64,000 nucleotides of DNA from positions 3,168,001 through 3,232,000 of the forward strand of contig OZ244799.1 in the NCBI GenBank assembly GCA_965219955.1, given 5' to 3'. The DNA is from a bacterium. GTDB lineage: Bacteria > UBA8248. Numbering within the stretch: the first letter of the stretch is position 1; every line of letters begins with the position of its first letter. Below the pieces are notes generated by a model, which was not told the DNA's origin, ran no database searches, and worked only from the letters and a program-made list of their open reading frames with translations. The position numbers and the translations under genes were made by a program. Positions 58,092 through 64,000 of the stretch are shown here, piece by piece.

Positions 58092-60341
58092 TCACGCCTC
58101 TACAGGAGGCCGTTCGTTCCTGAGTTCGGGCGTGGCTTCCTCATAGGCGTGCGCGGCGCGCAGGACGTCCGCCTCGCGCCAGGGGCCGCCCGCGATCTGG
58201 AGCGACATCGGCATCCCTTCCGAGTTCCGGCCCATCGGGGTGACGAGCGCCGGGAAGCCCGTGGCGTTGTGCGGCGCCAGGAACGGCCTGTGGATGTTCT
58301 TATAAGATACGTCGCGCCCGTTCATCCGCGCGGTGAGCGTCGCAATCGGCGGGGCGACGCAGGGCATGGCGGGCTGGATGAGGGCGTCGGCGCCCTCAAA
58401 GAACGCGGCGACCTCGCGCTGCGCGAGTACGCGTTCTCTGAGCGCGCGCACGTAATCATCAGGCTTAATCTCGAACGACCACTCAATGCGCTCGCGCACG
58501 TCCTCCCCGTAGCCATCCGGGTCTTGCTCGAAATACGGTCTGTGGAACTCGCTGAATTCCGGCCCCGAGATGAGGGGGAAGAAATCCATCAGCCTCTTAT
58601 GGTGCGCGAAGGAGACCTCTTCCACCTCGGCGCCCAAGCCGCGGAACACCTCCACCGCCGCCTCGAACGCCGCCGTGATCTCCGAATCCACCTCGGCGCC
58701 CCCGTGAAAATCGGGACACACGAGAATGCGGCTGCCGCGCACGCCGTCCTCTATTCCCGCGGTGTAGTCGGGGACGGGGACGTTCTGCGATTTCGAATCC
58801 TTGGCGTCATAGCCCGCCACTGCCTGGAGCATGAGGCCTGCGTCGCGCGCGGTGCGCGTCATGGGGCCCGCGTGGTCCAGGCTCAGGGCGTTGGGGCAGA
58901 TGCCCCGAATGCTCACCCGGCCGTAGGTGGCCTTCAACCCCACGCCCCCGCACAGGGAAGCGGGATTGCGGATGGAGCCGCCCGTATCCGTGCCGATGGC
59001 GCAAGGCGCCAGGCCCGCCGCACAGGCCGCGCCCGAGCCGCCGCTCGAGCCGCCGACGATGCGCTCGGTATCCCAGGGGTTCCGCACCGTGCCGTAGTGG
59101 GGGTTGATGCTCACCGCCGCAGCCGCGAACTCGTGCGTGACCGTCTTGCCGAGCATCACCGCGCCCGCGTCCTTGAGACGCCTGATGATCTCCGCGTCCG
59201 CACGCGGCACGTTGTCGCGGTGAAAGGAGGAACCGTGCGTGGTGAGCACGCCCGCCGTCTCGACGATGTCCTTGGCGCCGTAAGGAATCCCGTGCATGGG
59301 ACCCCGCCACCCGCCGCTCATGATCTCGGCCTCAGCGGCGCGCGCCGCTTCCAAGGCGAGTTCCGCCGTCACCGTCTGGTAGGCGAACAGCTTCGGGTTC
59401 ACCGCCTCGATGCGGCGCAGGTGGGCTTCCGCCACCTCGACGGGGGAGATTTCCTTCTTGCGGATCATCGTCGCCAGGTCGTGAATGCTCGCGAAGCAAA
59501 GGTCGTCGCTCATGTCGTCCTCCCCGGATGTCGTGTTATTCACCACTTCCACGCGGGCGCCTGCCTCATCGACGAGGCGAGGCTCCCAGCCCTCGGACGC
59601 CAGGCCGTCCCCGACGAGCAGCTCATAATAGCGCCCCAGGCCTTCGAGTTCCTCATCGCCCACATCGTAGCGGATGCACTCGGTGAGATAACACCACGCC
59701 GTGTTCCTGTCGACGCCGGGCGGAAGCGGGCCGTTCACGATCTCCTCAATCCGTCCCACGCCCTCTTTCTTCGCGTTCTGAAGCAGCGCGGCGGCCTCCG
59801 CGTCTCCCGCTCCCGGTCGGAACACCCAGAGCGCGTAGACGAAGGGAAGCCCGGTGAAATTCTGCCACTCCTCGCCCAGGTCGAGCACGTAGTGATCGCC
59901 CGGCGGCTCCCTGAGCGCGTTGTCGCCGATGAGCAAGAAGGCGTCGAGCGACTCGTCATCACGCGGGGGGCGCGTCGGGTCGATGGGCACGAACTCGGGC
60001 TCCGCCCCCCAGCGGTGCTTGAGATAGACGCGCGCCATGTTCGTCGCGGCGAGCGACCAGCTGTCCAGCCCCACGCGGCGCAGCGAATCCGCGGGCTTCC
60101 GGCAATAGAGCCTGATGCTCTCCACCGGGCCTTTGCTCGCGATGCCGACGCCGGGTGCGAAGCGCGCGCCGCGCATCCCGAAAAGGGCGAACGAGGAGAC
60201 GAGCGCGCCGTCCAGTTCTCCGCGCTCCAGCATTTCCGCCAGCTTCGAGGGGGGTTCGACGATGAGTTCGACCGCCGGGTTCCCCTCCAGCGCAATCGTG
60301 AGGGGTCTGGCGTTCAGGAAGGGAACGGTGCCGAGCTTCAT
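58092..60341 (-). CDS. mqnA: Chorismate dehydratase MqnA fused in frame to an amidase-signature enzyme
   Basis: N-terminal FLNARPL, IAS.GPV.SI, LLIGDNAL, DLGEEW..FTGLPFVYALW; C-terminal HGIPYGAKD, GKT..HEFA, GGSSGGS, GTDTGGSIR.PA; no stop between the two domains. Confidence 0.88.
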   Translation of the reverse strand: MKLGTVPFLNARPLTIALEGNPAVELIVEPPSKLAEMLERGELDGALVSSFALFGMRGARFAPGVGIASKGPVESIRLYCRKPADSLRRVGLDSWSLAATNMARVYLKHRWGAEPEFVPIDPTRPPRDDESLDAFLLIGDNALREPPGDHYVLDLGEEWQNFTGLPFVYALWVFRPGAGDAEAAALLQNAKKEGVGRIEEIVNGPLPPGVDRNTAWCYLTECIRYDVGDEELEGLGRYYELLVGDGLASEGWEPRLVDEAGARVEVVNNTTSGEDDMSDDLCFASIHDLATMIRKKEISPVEVAEAHLRRIEAVNPKLFAYQTVTAELALEAARAAEAEIMSGGWRGPMHGIPYGAKDIVETAGVLTTHGSSFHRDNVPRADAEIIRRLKDAGAVMLGKTVTHEFAAAAVSINPHYGTVRNPWDTERIVGGSSGGSGAACAAGLAPCAIGTDTGGSIRNPASLCGGVGLKATYGRVSIRGICPNALSLDHAGPMTRTARDAGLMLQAVAGYDAKDSKSQNVPVPDYTAGIEDGVRGSRILVCPDFHGGAEVDSEITAAFEAAVEVFRGLGAEVEEVSFAHHKRLMDFFPLISGPEFSEFHRPYFEQDPDGYGEDVRERIEWSFEIKPDDYVRALRERVLAQREVAAFFEGADALIQPAMPCVAPPIATLTARMNGRDVSYKNIHRPFLAPHNATGFPALVTPMGRNSEGMPMSLQIAGGPWREADVLRAAHAYEEATPELRNERPPVEA

Positions 60342-60349
60342 GGGGACGC

Positions 60350-61489
60350 TCAGGCGTGAACTGCCCATTGATCTCCCTGGCGCGTGACTTCCCGGTAGAG
60401 CGTGTCGCGCTCGACGGGCTCGCGCCCCGCCTCACGGATGAGGCGGCGGATGTCGTTCACGGTGAGTTCGTGCGGCGTCTTGGCGCCCGCCATGTGGTAG
60501 ATCTTCTCCTGCACGACGGTGCCGTCCAGGTCGTCCACGCCGAAGCGCTGCGAGATCTGCGCGACAGGCTGCCCCACCATGATCCAGTAGGCCTTGATGT
60601 GGGGAATGTTGTCGAGCAGGAGGCGGCCGACGGCGTAGTTTCTGACGTCGAGCATCCCGCCCGTGGGGGGGATGTCGTCCATCTGCGTGTTCTCGGGATG
60701 GAACGCGAGCGGGATGAAGGTGGTGAACCCGCCCGTCTCGTCCTGCAACTCCCGGAGCCTGAGCATGTGGTCCACGCGGTCCTCGTTCGATTCCACGTGG
60801 CCGTAGAGCATGGTGCAGGTGCTGCGGATGCCCTTGTTGTGGGCGATCCGGTGGATTTCGAGCCAGTCCTCGCCCGAGTGCTTGCCCTTGCAGATCTTGG
60901 AGCGCGTGGGTTCGGCGAAAATCTCGGCGCCTCCGCCCGTGAGGGAGCCGAGGCCTGAGCGCACCAGATGATCCAGCGTCTCCTCCACGCTCATCTTCGC
61001 CACGTGATCGGCGAGAAAGCGGATCTCCGTCGCCGTGAAGACCTTGAGATGAAGCTGGGGGTGAATCTCCTTGATGCCCTGGATCATTTCCAGATAATAA
61101 TCGAAGGGCAGATCGGGATGCAGGCCGCCCACCATGTGGAACTCGGTGCGGCCCCGGCCCAGCGTCTCCGCCATCTTGAAGATTTCCTCGAGCGAATACG
61201 CATAGGCGTCCTGCTGGCCTTCCTTCTTGCCGAACGCGCAGAACTTGCACGCCTTCCACAGCACGCAGATGTTCGAATAGTTGATGTGGCTGTTCACGTT
61301 GTAGTAGGTGCGGTTCCCGTGGAGGCGCTCGCGGGCGATGTTCGCCAGGTAGCCGACGGCGTTGATGTCTTCGGCCTCGTAGAGGCGCACGCCCTCCTCG
61401 AAAGTGAGGCGCAGCCCCGCCTCGACTTTTTCGAGGATATCGCCCAGAGGGCCGCCCTGGACGCGCGAGCGCATGAAGTCCCGGCTCAT
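60350..61489 (-). CDS. mqnE: Aminofutalosine synthase (radical SAM)
   Basis: HINYSNIC....CKFCAF, FHMVGGLHP, GGGAEIF, TMLYGHVE, IPHIKAYW, DGTVVQEKIYHMAGA. Confidence 0.93.
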   Translation of the reverse strand: MSRDFMRSRVQGGPLGDILEKVEAGLRLTFEEGVRLYEAEDINAVGYLANIARERLHGNRTYYNVNSHINYSNICVLWKACKFCAFGKKEGQQDAYAYSLEEIFKMAETLGRGRTEFHMVGGLHPDLPFDYYLEMIQGIKEIHPQLHLKVFTATEIRFLADHVAKMSVEETLDHLVRSGLGSLTGGGAEIFAEPTRSKICKGKHSGEDWLEIHRIAHNKGIRSTCTMLYGHVESNEDRVDHMLRLRELQDETGGFTTFIPLAFHPENTQMDDIPPTGGMLDVRNYAVGRLLLDNIPHIKAYWIMVGQPVAQISQRFGVDDLDGTVVQEKIYHMAGAKTPHELTVNDIRRLIREAGREPVERDTLYREVTRQGDQWAVHA

Positions 61490-61604
61490 GGTTCACCTTC
61501 CGTTTTTTCGTATCACCCGAGAATCGACCTGCCCGGTGACGCAGGAGCGCATTCTGGCGGCTGGATGGAGGGATGTCAACGCGGGGGAGGGGTGGGGAAG
61601 GCTT

Positions 61605-61799
61605 GGTGTTGGAAAACCACGGGGGAGTGTTTCAAGCAGGATCTGTTCGGGGCTGTTCAAAAACCCCTCGTCGGGAGCGTCGCATGTGCCCCCTGACAAG
61701 GGGAGTTGGGGGTTCCGTAGGGGCCGCATATATGCGGCCCCTACAAAACCATCGCCTTTGGAAACCATCCCCCTCCTCAAGGGGCTTTTTCAACTGCCC
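61605..61799. repeat. Shell with a family B half-site and a GTAG palindrome
   Basis: GGGGCTGTTCAAAAA...GGGGCTTTTTCAACTGCCC; GTAGGGGCCGCATATATGCGGCCCCTAC. Confidence 0.75.
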
Positions 61800-62590
61800 A
61801 TTGAGGCGACGCTTGTACAAGACCAATCTTCGTGGCCCTTATCGTAGGTTTCTCGCGCAATCTCTCCCACTCGTCGTTTCTGCTCACTGCTCAGGAGTGC
61901 AAATGGTTTCTGGGCTGCCTGACCGAATATGAACAATGACGGATCACCCATTATCTCGTACCATCTGGCACAAACCGGGTAGGGACGTCTTCTTCGCTCC
62001 CCGTCCTTCGTCCTTTTGAACTCATGAATCGTCCGCCAGCCGTTCAATGCCGGAAATTCGATACGCTCCATGTGTTTCCGCGCGACGCTCAGCAGTACCA
62101 TTTGCGGTTTCAAAACCTTCAGCAACTGGTGCCATATGAGGCCGCCTTTTTCTTGCAATGCACTACACTCCGATTCTCCAAGGTCTTTCCACGTCGGATC
62201 TGTGGCAACGGGCGAAGCAATGTCCGTATGCAACGCAGTCGATGGTTTGCCGGGATAGTAACTGGCCTCCGCTCCACCAAGAACGGTATCGTAGAAACCA
62301 AACCAATTATAGGGATCCTCGCGGAAGTAGGAACACAAACCATCCAGGTAGCGCTCGCCATCGGCAGCCGTGATTTCCCCGCACTCGGGAAACCGCTTGA
62401 ATCGTGAATCTTCAGGAAATTCTTTCCGTGAAGGATTCAGTCCGACCGTCACCACTCGAAACGGCGACGCAAAATACGCATCGAGATCGCCGAAGAACAA
62501 AATCGGCACGGAGGGACGGACGCGGGAATCGGCGCATTCGTACGCCTTCCACGCCTCTTCCACCACCGAAATCAAACCGGCGCATTTCAC
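61790..62590 (-). CDS. Hypothetical protein, possible uracil-DNA glycosylase superfamily fold
   Basis: GTG start after GAGGGGG; VVTVGLNPS resembles UDG motif A and LKPQMVLL the conserved core strand; lower GC than flanking genes. Confidence 0.55.
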   Translation of the reverse strand: MKCAGLISVVEEAWKAYECADSRVRPSVPILFFGDLDAYFASPFRVVTVGLNPSRKEFPEDSRFKRFPECGEITAADGERYLDGLCSYFREDPYNWFGFYDTVLGGAEASYYPGKPSTALHTDIASPVATDPTWKDLGESECSALQEKGGLIWHQLLKVLKPQMVLLSVARKHMERIEFPALNGWRTIHEFKRTKDGERRRRPYPVCARWYEIMGDPSLFIFGQAAQKPFALLSSEQKRRVGEIARETYDKGHEDWSCTSVASMGS

Positions 62591-62606
62591 AATCGAACCC
62601 CCTCGT

Positions 62607-62683
62607 AGTTGTTGAAAAAGCCCTCGGAGGGCGGTCCCCCTCCCAATCCCCCTTGTCGGGGGGGGGGCTTTTTCAACAACCTC
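62607..62683. repeat. Minimal shell enclosing a single family B half-site
   Basis: AGTTGTTGAAAAAGCCC...GGGCTTTTTCAACAACC. Confidence 0.8.
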
Positions 62684-62709
62684 CTTCTCGGGAAACTTGA
62701 TACCCCCCA

Positions 62710-63588
62710 TCACTCCCCGAAGAAATACTTCACGCCGAACATCACCGACCAGTGGTTCATTCCGCCGATCGTGGTGAAGTTGGAAATGCCGGCGACCGGG
62801 TGGAAGTCGTAGCCGCCTTTGACGTCCTCCATGTCGCCCACCATGGCGTAGGAGAGCTTGAGGCCAAGCTGCACCTTCTCGCTCATGTTGTAGTCGAGGC
62901 CGGCGTGCAGATGCGCGGACAAGACGGTGTCGGTCAAGTCCTCGTACTGGCGGCTGTTGTACTGCTCCGGCATCTCGCAGTCCGCCGCGGGGTTCCTGCA
63001 CGAGTACCACGACTGAAAATACACGCCCGAGAGTTCGACGAAGGAAACGCCCGCGCCCGCACCCAGGTAGGGCGTGAAGCGGCTGCCCGCGATGGAGAAG
63101 TCGTAATAGGCGTTCAGCGAGAGGGTGCGCGTCGTCAGTTCGTCGACGCCGCCCGAGCTTCTGCTCTCGTAGTTGCTGTCCTGGGCGGGCATGCTGCGGG
63201 AGCCGTCCAGATAGGTGATGTCCTTGAATTTCTGTTCGAGGTCGTTCTTGCGCTGGGCCAGCGCCAGTTCCAGGCGGAATGCGCCCACCGTGCGGCCGAC
63301 CGAAATCTCGAACGCGGCGCCGTCGTCCGCATCCAGATCGTAGGACCACCGGTAGCCTTCCGGCGCGCCGCCTGCGAGGTGGCTACAGTCGTCTTCGGGG
63401 TAGCAGATGTTGTCGCGGTTGTGGCCCGCCTGTTCGACCCCCGTGGTCTTGTTGATCCCGAGGCTCGCGCCCACGTACCAGCCGGTGGGCTTCGCCTCCT
63501 GGGCGTCGCTCGCTCCCGCCGTGCTCAAGAATGCGCATACCGCCAGCGCCGCCGTGATGACACACTGTTTCTTTGATAAAAATCGCAT
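62710..63588 (-). CDS. Outer membrane beta-barrel protein (opacity/OmpA-like)
   Basis: Signal peptide, GWYVGASLG, FRLEL, NAYYDF, FTPYLGAGAG, C-terminal FGVKYFF. Confidence 0.85.
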   Translation of the reverse strand: MRFLSKKQCVITAALAVCAFLSTAGASDAQEAKPTGWYVGASLGINKTTGVEQAGHNRDNICYPEDDCSHLAGGAPEGYRWSYDLDADDGAAFEISVGRTVGAFRLELALAQRKNDLEQKFKDITYLDGSRSMPAQDSNYESRSSGGVDELTTRTLSLNAYYDFSIAGSRFTPYLGAGAGVSFVELSGVYFQSWYSCRNPAADCEMPEQYNSRQYEDLTDTVLSAHLHAGLDYNMSEKVQLGLKLSYAMVGDMEDVKGGYDFHPVAGISNFTTIGGMNHWSVMFGVKYFFGE

Positions 63589-63672
63589 TTTCTCCTCCAC
63601 TCGACGATTCGATGATTCGACGCGGAAACCTGAATGGGCGAATCTTCGGCGCGCGGCCACGGCGCGTCAGAA

Positions 63673-63790
63673 AACCAACCCCCCCTACCCCCCCTTGTCA
63701 GGGGGGCAAGAAAAAGCAAAACCCCCCTCAACCCGGCAAAGGCGCATCGCCTTTTTATACCCCCCTGTCAAGGGGGGGTAGGGGGGGTTG
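63673..63790. repeat. Family B REP doublet
   Basis: AACCAACCCCCCTACCCCCCTTGTCAGGGGGG...CCCCCTGTCAAGGGGGGGTAGGGGGGGTTG; interior nearly identical to the 37688 and 45449 copies. Confidence 0.85.
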
Positions 63791-63878
63791 CCTTTTCAGT
63801 CAAGAGAGGTGTCTCCTCCTCTCCGGTTGACTCCCTGCACCGAACCACTGTGTCGAGACTTTTCCACCGCCCCGTGCG

Positions 63879-64000
63879 TCAGTCCCGATCACCCGCCTGC
63901 CGCTCGATTCTCACCTCGGTTTCGAGCTTCGAGCCGCCGTTTCCGCGGAACACGCCCCGGCTCGGGGGCACGTCGGCGTAGTCGCGGCCCACCGCCACGC
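63879..64000 (-). CDS. Transglutaminase-family protein, C-terminal end (partial)
   Basis: Manual translation VAVGRDYADVPPSRGVFRG...LETEVRI...stop; GRDYxDVxP is typical of this family. Confidence 0.75.
   Translation of the reverse strand, partial: VAVGRDYADVPPSRGVFRGNGGSKLETEVRIERQAGDRD

Noticed and set aside
58149-60359. Very long antisense ORFs (also 3070-4779, 52245-53984, 55360-57063)
   Set aside because: These are expected shadows of high-GC3 genes, with no recognisable domains.
61790-63349. 519-aa ORF suggesting a long protein
   Set aside because: The upstream part is an alternative frame of the OMP gene and a repeat; only 61790-62590 looks coding.
11488-63790. Possible CRISPR array among the many repeats
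   Set aside because: Repeats are dispersed inverted doublets, not regularly spaced direct repeats with unique spacers; no cas genes are present.

Overview
GC-rich bacterial chromosomal segment with about 55 genes. It holds core genes (nuoABCDE start, scpAB, rluB, pgsA, panE, bioF, crcB, pduO, futalosine-pathway mqnE/mqnA/mqnC plus a deaminase) mixed with many small-molecule scavenging enzymes and transporters, two toxin-antitoxin pairs, two abutting IS elements (IS1380, IS1182) and dense intergenic REP/MITE-like repeats. Highlights: (1) two selenoprotein genes hidden by in-frame UGA codons, each with a similarly placed SECIS-like hairpin, namely a stand-alone PrdB/GrdB-like UxxC protein ending an amidohydrolase-NifU-2xMFS operon and an unannotated AhpD/CMD-like CxxU protein; (2) a thiocyanate-hydrolase-like nitrile hydratase pair lacking its third subunit; (3) an MqnA-amidase fusion and a heme/2Fe-2S cyclase inside the menaquinone cluster; (4) a repeated inverted-repeat 'shell' (GTTGAAAAA...TTTTTCAAC) that encloses variable REP cargo, brackets accessory genes and supplies the stop codon of three genes. 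All calls come from motif recognition by eye; no searches were run. No rRNA, tRNA or CRISPR array was seen.
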